64,000 nt of DNA, from contig CAZWON010000003.1 in the NCBI GenBank assembly GCA_964635565.1, positions 5,345 to 69,344 on the forward strand. The letters are read 5' to 3'. Source of the DNA: an uncultured Planctomycetia bacterium. GTDB lineage: Bacteria > Omnitrophota > Gorgyraeia > Duberdicusellales > 4484-171. Under the pieces are notes generated by a model, which saw nothing but the letters and a program-made list of their open reading frames with translations, searched no databases and was not told where the DNA came from. How positions within the stretch are numbered: position 1 is the stretch's first letter; each line of letters begins with the position of its first letter. The position numbers and the translations under genes are program-made. Positions 29,221-39,678 of this stretch are shown in pieces.

Positions 29221-29355
29221 TAGTCAATGGTCAATGGTCGAAAGTCAATGGTCAATCATATCCTTCGTTACGCGTTACTCATTACTATTCGCTCCACCCT
29301 TCAACCTCCATCCTAATCTCTAACTATAAGCTAATAGCTAAAAACTATGAGTTAT
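29221..29355. repeat. Mosaic of four different 7-bp tandem repeat arrays
   Basis: tagtcaa/tggtcaa/tggtcga/aagtcaa/tggtcaa (29221-55); tcgttac/gcgttac/tcattac (29265-85); ctccacc/cttcaac/ctccatc (29292-312); taactat/aagctaa/tagctaa/aaactat/gagttat (29321-55). Confidence 0.8.
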
Positions 29356-29358
29356 TTT

Positions 29359-30870
29359 CTATTCGCTATTTTCTTTCTTTTGAATCTCCCTCACTTTCTT
29401 TGAGAAATAACCTCCTGTATAAGCATCTAAAGACGCAGTTAGTTCTCTTAACCTGATTTCATCTTTAAATCTCTCACTTCTATCTTTGTACTCTTTACTT
29501 CTTAATCTCTGTTTAACCTTAAGACGTTCAAAATAGGTTGTATTTATATCATCAAGGATGCTTATACGAAGTTGAGTTACCAGACGACTACGTGTATCAA
29601 CCTCATCCTCATAAGAATTCCATATCAAGTTGGCAATATCCCAGGAAAAGCTTACTCCCCAGTCTTTTGGTCCTATAGCAAAATTCCCACTGGAGCTTCC
29701 ATAAACTGTCTTATCGTAATCTAGGCTTATACTGGGGAAAAAAGCACGGTATTTCAATGCCCTGCGCCACTTTCTAATCTTAGAAGGGTCTACCTCATTA
29801 TAGATAAGAGCTGCTTCCTGTACTTCTCTAATGGAAGGTTCATTTTTGCAAAGTTCATCAAATTCTCTCCATGACGTTGCTTTTGTAAACCTATCCTGAT
29901 AAAATAAACCTTTTGAAGTAGCTACAAAAAGAACACCTTTACGGTTAAAATCAACACTGAAAATATTTCTTGTTGGTAAACCTTCAAATAGAGGAAGTGA
30001 ATCATTTGAAGTAATGTCTGCTAAATATATTCCTCTATCAGTAGCTAAATAAATCTTGTTCTTCTCAAGATGACTTTGAGCGATATCTTTAATGTTAAGT
30101 TTATCTATACCTGATAAGGATATTTTCACCCAGCTTCTCCCTCTATCATAAGAAACAAAAAGACCCCGTTGTGTACCTGCATATATACGTCCGGGATAAA
30201 AAATATCATGAATGATTATACCATTACTAACATCTCCCTCATTACTCTCCTCTTCAATTTCTTCTTCATTAATTGCAGTATGTTTAAACACAAGACTTCT
30301 TTTAAACCCTTCTCTGTTGTGTGCTACATAAATACCATCTTCTGTGGCTATAAATATCTCATTTCCTGAACAATCAATAGAATATACTGAACGGTGAGGT
30401 AACCCTTTAAGGACTTTCCACTTCCATATATTTTCTTCTGCATAATACACACCTTCTGTAGTACCTAAATAGAATATTTTTCCGCACTTCTTAATACAAC
30501 TTCCTTTTACTTCAGGGGGAAAATTGAAAATCTTCTTCTTTGTATTACTACTGAACCAATAGAGAGCATAATCCGTAACCAGATAGAAGACATCATAAAC
30601 ATATTTATCGGCATATATATCCTGTATCTGGCCACTTTCTGAGACAAAAATTTTTTTCCACTGTCTCCCTCCATTAGTACTCTTAAAAAGAGAATTTAAA
30701 CCTCTCACATAAATAATATTGTCGTCCAGTGGATTAACACAGACTTTCCTAATCAATGTTTCTTCTATCCCTCTAACCTTTATAAATAAAGGATGTGCTT
30801 CTCCCAGCAAAGAAAAACATAAAATAATCCCTCCCATTAACTTCACTTTTCTTCTTGCATTCTTACCCAT
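29359..30870 (-). CDS. Exported BNR/YCF48-like beta-propeller protein with C-terminal helical/beta domain
   Basis: Signal-like N-terminus; Asp-box STNGGRQW and SYDRGRSW; repeated (Y/F)xAT/GTxxG(L/I)(Y/F) blades. Confidence 0.75.
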   Translation of the reverse strand: MGKNARRKVKLMGGIILCFSLLGEAHPLFIKVRGIEETLIRKVCVNPLDDNIIYVRGLNSLFKSTNGGRQWKKIFVSESGQIQDIYADKYVYDVFYLVTDYALYWFSSNTKKKIFNFPPEVKGSCIKKCGKIFYLGTTEGVYYAEENIWKWKVLKGLPHRSVYSIDCSGNEIFIATEDGIYVAHNREGFKRSLVFKHTAINEEEIEEESNEGDVSNGIIIHDIFYPGRIYAGTQRGLFVSYDRGRSWVKISLSGIDKLNIKDIAQSHLEKNKIYLATDRGIYLADITSNDSLPLFEGLPTRNIFSVDFNRKGVLFVATSKGLFYQDRFTKATSWREFDELCKNEPSIREVQEAALIYNEVDPSKIRKWRRALKYRAFFPSISLDYDKTVYGSSSGNFAIGPKDWGVSFSWDIANLIWNSYEDEVDTRSRLVTQLRISILDDINTTYFERLKVKQRLRSKEYKDRSERFKDEIRLRELTASLDAYTGGYFSKKVREIQKKENSE

Positions 30871-30881
30871 ACTTTACCCCC

Positions 30882-30920
30882 TAACTTTACACATACCTTT
30901 CAAAAGTATATGTCAAGTTA
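30882..30920 (+). repeat. REP-like 39-bp hairpin, copy 1
   Basis: taactttacacatacctttcaaaagtatatgtcaagtta, an imperfect palindrome. Confidence 0.75.
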
Positions 30921-30926
30921 ACCCTC

Positions 30927-30965
30927 TAACTTTACATTTAACGTTCAAAAGGTTTTGTAAGGTTT
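30927..30965 (+). repeat. REP-like 39-bp hairpin, copy 2 (contains the transposase stop)
   Basis: taactttacatttaacgttcaaaaggttttgtaaggttt; 45-bp period with copy 1. Confidence 0.7.
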
Positions 30966-31835
30966 TGTAAAATTAGTGTTTAAAGTGTTATAAATGCTTT
31001 GCCTTGACACATTAAGAATACAAGCGATATCTTTTATACTATATCCCCTTGATTTTAACTGTTCGATTAAATATCTTCGGGCTTGGAATTCATGTGGATG
31101 CTTGAGACGTTTTTTACTCATTACCCTCTCAATATCTACTGCTATATCATTCAAACTGTCTTTTTTTACTTTAAGAAAATTTCTTATTTTCCCAAAAAGC
31201 ATAAGAGAAAATTTCTCGGTAGCCCGATTATCCTCAATAACACTATTGATATTTAGTTTGTATGCTTTATCCATAATCTCCTCGTACATTAGAGAGGCTT
31301 TCCTAAGATCGCAACTTAGTAGCCCCAACACATATTCATAATTTATAAAAGTATTTTTAGGAAGTTTAGAATACGCAGATAAAGATGACCATCTATAATC
31401 TACAAGGGGATTTACTAATCTAGCTTTGTAGGGATTAAGATGAATATACACTGAAACAGTAATAAGATAATTATCATCCAAACATAAAAAGGCTTTATAA
31501 TTACTATAAAAAACATGCCCTTTTCTTTTATATTTGGAGTTAAAATAAAGAGCGTATTTTGTAAAAAGCGACTTCATACCTTCAGAAAGATTAGCACTGT
31601 TAATTTTAACCAGTAAATGAAGATGATTAGGCATAAGACAGAAACAATAAATATCAAAAGAAAACCTCAATTTAGTTTCTTTTAAAATATGAAGAAAGTA
31701 GAGATAGTCTCTATTTTCTAAGAAAAGGATGTCTTTACCTGTAGCTCGCTGAACTATATGATATACATAACCTGCGCAAATAATTTTTTGGTAAGGATTA
31801 GATACGTGCGCAGAGTTTTTTTCTTGTGGGTCCAT
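30945..31835 (-). mobile_element. REP-associated tyrosine transposase (Y1 HUH, IS200-like fold) with C-terminal HTH
   Basis: YHIVQRA...LF, FCLMPNHLHLL (HUH), YFNSKYKRKGHVF, YIHLNP, YRWSS; C-terminal GYSIKDIACILNVSRQSIY. Confidence 0.9.
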
Positions 31836-31848
31836 AAAATATTAAAGG

Positions 31849-31877
31849 ATTATCTCATCTCTTTATACAAAAATCAA
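31849..31877 (-). promoter_or_regulatory. Putative promoter for the transposase
   Basis: Minus strand TTGATT-17 nt-GATAAT with TGn extension. Confidence 0.4.
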
Positions 31878-31889
31878 GCCAAAATTTCC

Positions 31890-31928
31890 TAACTTGACAA
31901 AATCTTTTGAACGTTATGTGTCAAGTTA
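31890..31928 (-). repeat. REP-like 39-bp hairpin, copy 3 (inverted relative to copies 1 and 2)
   Basis: taacttgaca-aaatcttttgaacgttatg-tgtcaagtta with perfect 10-bp arms; its reverse complement matches copies 1 and 2. Confidence 0.8.
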
Positions 31929-32717
31929 AAAAGAAGGAGGGTAGTTTTGGAAGTGGCGATATTTAGCGTAACTTACTATCTGATACAGGGAAGAAAAGTA
32001 AGCTACCATAAAACCTACAAACCCATCGCGATATCCTTTCTTCACAAAAAAAGTGCGTACAAATCTATCTATTGTCCGCCATAAAGCATGAATTAAATTC
32101 ATCTTATACTGGGCTTTTTTAAAATCCTCTAAAGATAATTTATACCATTTAAGTGCTTCTAAGGTAGTTTGATTATTAAGTTTCCTCAAATAATCTTCCC
32201 AATTCCGGTAAGTATAGTGAACGATATCACTTTTAAGCCTTCCACAAGCTCCCTTTAGGAATGCCCGTGGATGAACTTCTACTTCTTCCCATCTAAACTT
32301 ATCTTTTCTAAATAGTTTTATCTGAGGGGCAGGATATAACCCTCCCCAGCGTATCCAATAATTTCCTATATAATTTCGACGGGGAACAGTAAAACCACAG
32401 AATTGCGTGTTACTTCTTAAAATATTCCTAATCTCATCTCTCAATCCTTCGGTTACCCTCTCGTCAGCATCTAAACTCAATACCCAATCATTCCTCACTT
32501 TGCTATACGCCCAATTGCGATGTCTGCCTTCTATATCCATCTTTTTTACAAAAACTTTTGCCCCTAAACTTTCCGCAATTTCTTTTGTCCTATCACACGA
32601 CTCATCATCAATAACGACTATCTCATCTACCCACTCAACAACAGATTTTATACAATCAGGAATTCTTTTCTCTTCATTCTTTGTTAAAATAACTACAGAT
32701 ATACGCTCTTTTTCCAT
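31926..32717 (-). CDS. GT2 glycosyltransferase (WaaE/KdtX-like LPS)
   Basis: ISVVILTKNEE, DDESCDRT, WVLSLDADE, RNY, GYRDGFVG. Confidence 0.9.
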   Translation of the reverse strand: MEKERISVVILTKNEEKRIPDCIKSVVEWVDEIVVIDDESCDRTKEIAESLGAKVFVKKMDIEGRHRNWAYSKVRNDWVLSLDADERVTEGLRDEIRNILRSNTQFCGFTVPRRNYIGNYWIRWGGLYPAPQIKLFRKDKFRWEEVEVHPRAFLKGACGRLKSDIVHYTYRNWEDYLRKLNNQTTLEALKWYKLSLEDFKKAQYKMNLIHALWRTIDRFVRTFFVKKGYRDGFVGFMVAYFSSLYQIVSYAKYRHFQNYPPSF

Positions 32718-32744
32718 AATAGAAACTTCTCTATTTTTATTAAA

Positions 32745-33716
32745 CTATATTATACAATCTTTCTGAGAAGAAATAAAACTCAAAATATCTTCTATTTTAT
32801 CTAAGAAGTCTTTAACTTTTTCCCCTTCTATCACTAAAGAAATTGTCTTATAAGGACCCCAACGATAAGGTGATGTCACCTTAAATAAACCTACAACTGG
32901 CCTTTTAAATATACTGGCAAGGTGCATTGGCCCCGAATCTAAACCAATAAATACTCCGCAATAATATTTAAAAAATACGGCTAAATTTCTCAAAGTAAGC
33001 CTCCCCACAAGATTTATTACTTTAAGGCCTCCTATAAAATCCACACTTTCTTCTTTATCCTCTTCTGTCCCTATAATAACTATTTTATTTTTAATTTTTT
33101 CATTAATCTTCTCTATTAATTTATGCCAAAATTCTTTTTCTATTCTCTTAGCTTGGTGAGAAGAAAAAGGGTGAATAACTACATATTTCTCTCTAAAAAA
33201 TAATTTATTATCTAAAAAATGCAAAGATTCTCTTTTATCAAAAGGAAATTCTAATGAAGGGGCTTTCGTATCTTTACATATCAAACGTACCAAATCTATA
33301 TTATATTCTGCTTCGTGTTTCTTGGATAAATGTTTTCTATCGGTTATTTTTTTGTTCAAACAGAATCCCCATTTTCTATCATAACCCACCCTTAAAGACG
33401 CTCTGCCTAAAAAGGAAGCTAAATGAAACTCTCTTTGGGGATTAAAAACAACCACAGTATCAATACTATATTCCTTAATTATTCCCGCCAACTTAAAAGC
33501 CCCCCTAAGACCTCTAAATTCTTCTTTTTGATAAAAGAGAAATTCGTCTATAAACTCCGTCCCCTTAATAAGCTCAATATTCTCCTCTTTAGCCAATAAA
33601 TATAATTTACTTTCTGGATAGTTAATCTTGATAATCTTTATGGCATAAAGAGTCAACAGAAATTCTCCTAATCTATCTGAGCGAATACACAAAATTCTCC
33701 TTTGCATATTAGACAC
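32745..33716 (-). CDS. GT9 LPS heptosyltransferase-like
   Basis: IRSDRLGE, VIHPFS, NLVGRLTL, DSGPMHLA, RWGP. Confidence 0.87.
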   Translation of the reverse strand: MSNMQRRILCIRSDRLGEFLLTLYAIKIIKINYPESKLYLLAKEENIELIKGTEFIDEFLFYQKEEFRGLRGAFKLAGIIKEYSIDTVVVFNPQREFHLASFLGRASLRVGYDRKWGFCLNKKITDRKHLSKKHEAEYNIDLVRLICKDTKAPSLEFPFDKRESLHFLDNKLFFREKYVVIHPFSSHQAKRIEKEFWHKLIEKINEKIKNKIVIIGTEEDKEESVDFIGGLKVINLVGRLTLRNLAVFFKYYCGVFIGLDSGPMHLASIFKRPVVGLFKVTSPYRWGPYKTISLVIEGEKVKDFLDKIEDILSFISSQKDCII

Positions 33717-33841
33717 TTATATTAATTTAGTTTTAGCATCAAGGGAAAGATACTTTTATCAAAAGATAAACAGCAGAATTTATCTTAAATGTATATATTT
33801 GGTAACATAACACAAATTCATAAAGATACTTATAGCCAAAA

Positions 33842-35104
<1,263 letters not shown>

Positions 35105-36334
35105 CTAAGGCTGCATGGTAAAAAGCTCTTTTGCAATATCAGGATATTGAGCAATAAACTTCAATTCCTCTTCTACCAAAGGCTTCTGATTATGAACATT
35201 GGCATAACGCGCTAACTCTAAAATTTCTCTTGCTTCTTTATCATCCTTAAACTTTATTTCTAACTTCTCATAAACATTTCTAAAGCCTTTTATCCCCGAA
35301 TATTCTCCCACAGTAATTTTTCTTCCTGTATCAATAACTTCAGGCTCCCCTCTACCTAATTCTTCAAAATCATACAACTCATAATTTCTTCTATCCTTCA
35401 ACGTCCCATCTGCATGAATTCCTGACTCATGAGCAAAAGCATTAGCTCCTACTCCAGGATGGTTAATGGAGATAGGTATCCCAAAAGCATAGGAGGCATA
35501 TTTAGAAATACGCCAGGCCATTTTGAGATTAATGCGTTCATCTAAGTGGTAATTCTGCGTTCCGCTACCATATTTCAAGGCTAAAATTACACTCACCAGG
35601 TCCGCATTACCAGCACGTTCTCCTACACCATTTATGCAGGTATTGATATAAACATCTACCCCCCCTTCCAGAGCAGCTTTAGCTGCTGCCACAGAAGAAG
35701 CCACAGCAAGGCCCAAATCATTATGGCAATGCACCTCAATGCCAATTTTAACCTTATCCACAATATATCTTACCCTTTCATATATAGAAAATGGTGTATC
35801 AAACCCTAATGTATCGCAGTAACGAAACCGTTCTCCTCCTGCCTCTTTTGCTGCCTCTACAAACTCAACAAGATATTCTAACCGGCTACGAGAAGCATCT
35901 TCCGCATTAACTCCTACAGCTTTAGCACCTAACTTTTTGGCCAATTTTACCGCCTCTACCATACTTTTTATTACCCCATCATAATCTAATTTACCCTGAA
36001 ATTTGTGCTTAATCATCTGGTCAGAAGTAGAAATGGAAAGATTCAGATGTTCAAGATGTTTTACATTCCTAAAAGCCAGCTCTACATCCTGTTCTATAGC
36101 TCTTATCCATCCCGAAAGTCGCAAATTTTCAATTACTTTCTTCCGCTGTAGTTTCAGATTAGCATTGAGATAATTAATCTCATGATTAGTAGTAGGAAAA
36201 CCAAATTCACTCTGGAAAATCCCCATTTTATCCAAGTATATATTAATTATTGTTTTCTGCAATTTGGATAGACATATACGCGATGTCTGTACTCCATCCC
36301 GATTAGTAACATCAATAATATATATCTTTGGCAT
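35105..36334 (-). CDS. DRE-TIM acetyl-CoA condensing enzyme, probable Re-citrate synthase (homocitrate-synthase-like)
   Basis: IDVTNRDGVQT, NAEDASR, YCDTLG, HCHNDLG, NGVGERAGNA, FAHESGIH. Confidence 0.8.
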   Translation of the reverse strand: MPKIYIIDVTNRDGVQTSRICLSKLQKTIINIYLDKMGIFQSEFGFPTTNHEINYLNANLKLQRKKVIENLRLSGWIRAIEQDVELAFRNVKHLEHLNLSISTSDQMIKHKFQGKLDYDGVIKSMVEAVKLAKKLGAKAVGVNAEDASRSRLEYLVEFVEAAKEAGGERFRYCDTLGFDTPFSIYERVRYIVDKVKIGIEVHCHNDLGLAVASSVAAAKAALEGGVDVYINTCINGVGERAGNADLVSVILALKYGSGTQNYHLDERINLKMAWRISKYASYAFGIPISINHPGVGANAFAHESGIHADGTLKDRRNYELYDFEELGRGEPEVIDTGRKITVGEYSGIKGFRNVYEKLEIKFKDDKEAREILELARYANVHNQKPLVEEELKFIAQYPDIAKELFTMQP

Positions 36335-36337
36335 CCT

Positions 36338-38086
36338 TCACCTCCTCAATAGCTCACTTAAATTCTCCTCTTTTATTTTATACGCTCTAAATATATACTT
36401 ATTATTTATTAATAAAGCTATTCCCTTATCTATCCCTAATTGAGAAATCAACTTATCATTGTCTTTAAGCATATTTTTTATTTTATTAGAATTTATGAAT
36501 CCTGCTATTTTTTTATAATCAATACCTAAACTATCCATCACTTCTACCCACCAACTGCTACTTATATTACTAAGACGCATCATAAGATAACTAAAGAACT
36601 TATCAGGATAAAGATACTTTACCGCTAACATTCTTTTTGTCTCTTCTTTCTCAAAAGATGCTTCTAAGGATTTATCTTCTTTAGGTGGGTAAATAAAATA
36701 AATATTTAAAGCTACCTTCTTCTTGTCACAAAAGTTTTTTAATTCTCTAAGTACACTGAAACAATTATGGTCATAAATACTAAAAAATACATCAATATTA
36801 TTTGGTATCTTTTTCCGATTAAGAAAAAGAAACATTCCTGAGAGATCATTTTTAATGAGAAATTTATCGCCTTTGTCTTCCAAAAAATTACTCACTTTAG
36901 AAAAAACATTTTCTTCCTCTATTGTTTTAGGAACAATAAAAGCAGGTAAATAATTTATACCATACTTTTTTATTAATTGTCGTGCTTCTTTAGTCCGATA
37001 ATCAATTATTCTAAAATTTACACCTGCAAATATTTTTTTAAGATATTCTTCTGTAAAACGTGTAACACAAAAAGAGCACTGCTTATCTGTAATAATGATA
37101 ATATCAATTTCTTTAGCTTCTACATAGATACAGCGAGCAAAAAGAGTACCCGGATTATCACATTGAACAACTAACCTTTCCTTAGAAGGGCAATCTTTAT
37201 CAGAAAAACATTGAGGGAAAAATTTTTTAATCTCTCTGTCCTCTTCTACTGTAAGAGGTAAAAGCTCCTTCTTTAAACTGTATTCTTCAATCCTGTTGTT
37301 TCTCATTTCAATATCTAAAATATCTAAACTCTTTGCTTCATAAGACGGCTTTAGAATTAACGTGTTATTAACCTTATTCTTAGAATATGCTGCCTTTCTA
37401 CCCCCTGAACTAATAATAAAACGTATATCTTTAAAATTATTAGCTATTTCTTCATTAATGTAATCAGGCATACTAGAAAGTAAAATAATAAAATCAACCT
37501 TATCTTTAATCTCCTTAACTACTTTTTCTAAAGAAATCCTATAATCTTTTTGGGAAAGATTATTCTTATTTAACACCTCTGAATCAGTAATACCTACGAT
37601 TCCTACTTTAGCACTGTGGATATCTTTTATAATATAAGCTCGTACCCCTTCTAGAGAGATATTACAAGAGACAAAAGGAAGGCTATATTTCTTAATAATC
37701 TCTTTAAGAAATTCAATACCGAAATTAAACTCTGCCTCGCCAATTGCAATAGCATCATACTTCAGCTTATTTAGAATCCTTAAGTAGTAAGTGGTTCTTT
37801 TTTTGTCTAAGCTTGCATTGATACGAGAAGAATCAAGAAATCCCCCTGCAGTAAAATTACCTGCATCAACAAGCAGTAAACTCTTTTCTTTCTTACGCAA
37901 GCGTTTAATAACTTTCGAGCGCCTCGTAACTCCTCCTGAACTACCAGGACAATAGCCACAAGGATATAAAGAGGAATAAGTATTGCCAGTGTAAACTATA
38001 GAAAGTCTCTCGCCAAAAAGAGGCAAACATATACCCCCACTAATCCAAAATATAACTATAATAACTATAATTTTTTTTATCGCCAT
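36338..38086 (-). CDS. Exported UshA/5'-nucleotidase-like protein with Cys-rich and thioredoxin-like C-terminal domains
   Basis: Signal peptide; PCGYC..GGVTRR, LLVDAGN, YDAIAIG.AEF, FVSCN; CFSDKDC..C..C; CSFC. Confidence 0.65.
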   Translation of the reverse strand: MAIKKIIVIIVIFWISGGICLPLFGERLSIVYTGNTYSSLYPCGYCPGSSGGVTRRSKVIKRLRKKEKSLLLVDAGNFTAGGFLDSSRINASLDKKRTTYYLRILNKLKYDAIAIGEAEFNFGIEFLKEIIKKYSLPFVSCNISLEGVRAYIIKDIHSAKVGIVGITDSEVLNKNNLSQKDYRISLEKVVKEIKDKVDFIILLSSMPDYINEEIANNFKDIRFIISSGGRKAAYSKNKVNNTLILKPSYEAKSLDILDIEMRNNRIEEYSLKKELLPLTVEEDREIKKFFPQCFSDKDCPSKERLVVQCDNPGTLFARCIYVEAKEIDIIIITDKQCSFCVTRFTEEYLKKIFAGVNFRIIDYRTKEARQLIKKYGINYLPAFIVPKTIEEENVFSKVSNFLEDKGDKFLIKNDLSGMFLFLNRKKIPNNIDVFFSIYDHNCFSVLRELKNFCDKKKVALNIYFIYPPKEDKSLEASFEKEETKRMLAVKYLYPDKFFSYLMMRLSNISSSWWVEVMDSLGIDYKKIAGFINSNKIKNMLKDNDKLISQLGIDKGIALLINNKYIFRAYKIKEENLSELLRR

Positions 38087-38091
38087 ATTTT

Positions 38092-39678
38092 TTAATCCTT
38101 AAGTACAATGAATTTTAAAGAGATAATATTTGGATTTGCTTTAATATCATTTATAACATCCTCTTTTAAGGGGGTATCTACATTAAGAACGGTTATAGCC
38201 ATATTTTCTTTTTTCTTTCTCCCTAAACTCATATTAGCAATGTTAACGTTATGGTTACCCAGAACTGTACCTAAATTTCCTATAACCCCTGGTCTATCCT
38301 GATTCTTTACTACTACCATATATTCAGAAGGAGCTATTTCAATATACACATCATCCATTTTTACAAAACGTGCTTCTCTATTAGCAAAAAGAGTTCCTTC
38401 TAAAAGCCTTTCTTCCTTAGATGTTTTTACTTCCGCTCTTATAGAATTTACATACTCCTGTTCTCTATCTATCTTAACCTGCTCTATTTTTATTTTTCGT
38501 TCTTTGGCTATTCCTAAGGAATTAATATAATTTACATTTTCTTCCAAAATAGTAGAAAGAAATCCTTTGGTAAATGCCATAGTAAGAGGATCCACCTTAA
38601 AAGAAGCAATTTCACCTATATAATAAATCTTAATCTCTTGAGTTGCTCCACTAACTAATTGGGAAAGAAACTTACCCATTTTCTCTGCCAAAACTATATA
38701 GGGAAAAACAACTTTATAAACTTCAGGCTCCATCTGAACATAATTTACAGCATTACGAATAGCTTTCCCCAGCAAAGCATCTTTTATACAATGAGCGATT
38801 TCTACTGCAACATTTACTTGAGCTTCCTGCGTCGATGCTCCCAGATGAGGAGTAACCACGATGTTGTCTAACTCCAGAAGTTTAGAATCTACGGGAGGTT
38901 CTTTCTCAAAAACATCTAATGCTGCCCCAGAAATTTTCTTATCCTTCAGAAATTTATAAAGTGCCTCTTCATCTATTATCCCTCCCCGAGCACAATTAAT
39001 GATAAATGCTGTAGGTTTCATTAAAGATAACTCTTTATAAGAAATTAATCCTTTTGTCTCACCTGTTAAAGGGGTGTGAATTGTGACAATATCAGATTTT
39101 CTTAGTAACTCTTCTAATGCTACAATCTTAACTCCGATACTATCTGCTACTTCTTGAGTAATAAAAGGGTCACAAGTTAAAACTTCCATACCAAAAGCAC
39201 TTGCTCTTTTAGCAACCTCTTTTCCTATACGACCTAATCCAATAATCCCCAATATCTTACCATATATTTCTGTTCCTTTAAATTTAGAACGGTTCCAATC
39301 TCCTTTTTTAAGAGAAAAATGACCAAAAGGAACTTTCCGTGCTAAAGATAAAATAAGAGCAAATGTATGTTCACACGTAGAAATGGTATTTCCACCAGGA
39401 GCATTCATAACAATAATACCTTTCTTAGTAGCTGTAAGAACATCTACATTATCCAAACCCACACCTGCTCTCCCAATCACTTTAAGAGACGAAGCTCTTT
39501 CAATTACATCGCTGGTTAGTTTAGTCTGACTACGGACGATAATCGCTTCATAATCTTTAATAACCTTCATCAACTCTTCCTTATCTAAACCTATTTTGCA
39601 ATCTACCTCAAAACCACTGTCTTTTAATATATCTATCCCTTCATGAGCCAACTTATCAGCCACCAAAACTTTCGCCAT
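38092..39678 (-). CDS. serA: D-3-phosphoglycerate dehydrogenase (long form with ACT)
   Basis: [40 protein letters not shown] domain. Confidence 0.96.
   Translation of the reverse strand: MAKVLVADKLAHEGIDILKDSGFEVDCKIGLDKEELMKVIKDYEAIIVRSQTKLTSDVIERASSLKVIGRAGVGLDNVDVLTATKKGIIVMNAPGGNTISTCEHTFALILSLARKVPFGHFSLKKGDWNRSKFKGTEIYGKILGIIGLGRIGKEVAKRASAFGMEVLTCDPFITQEVADSIGVKIVALEELLRKSDIVTIHTPLTGETKGLISYKELSLMKPTAFIINCARGGIIDEEALYKFLKDKKISGAALDVFEKEPPVDSKLLELDNIVVTPHLGASTQEAQVNVAVEIAHCIKDALLGKAIRNAVNYVQMEPEVYKVVFPYIVLAEKMGKFLSQLVSGATQEIKIYYIGEIASFKVDPLTMAFTKGFLSTILEENVNYINSLGIAKERKIKIEQVKIDREQEYVNSIRAEVKTSKEERLLEGTLFANREARFVKMDDVYIEIAPSEYMVVVKNQDRPGVIGNLGTVLGNHNVNIANMSLGRKKKENMAITVLNVDTPLKEDVINDIKANPNIISLKFIVLKD

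Noticed and set aside
29160-29456. 98-aa plus-strand ORF with VNGQ repeats
   Set aside because: By-product of the heptamer arrays; overlaps two real genes in antisense
30882-30965. Possible mini-CRISPR array
   Set aside because: Only two degenerate tandem copies with a 6-bp gap, no unique spacers and no cas genes; better explained as REP-like hairpins
30945-31835. IS200/IS605 element with TnpB or an RNA-guided nuclease
   Set aside because: No tnpB/RuvC ORF nearby; length and motifs (NP, WSS, C-terminal HTH) fit RAYT-type proteins
33717-33841. AT-rich hairpins (tttatc-aaaa-gataaa) and a repeated aaagatactt after purA
   Set aside because: Short and low-complexity; expected by chance at this base composition
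36338-38086. Selenocysteine read-through
   Set aside because: ORF is uninterrupted; Cys codons occupy the motif
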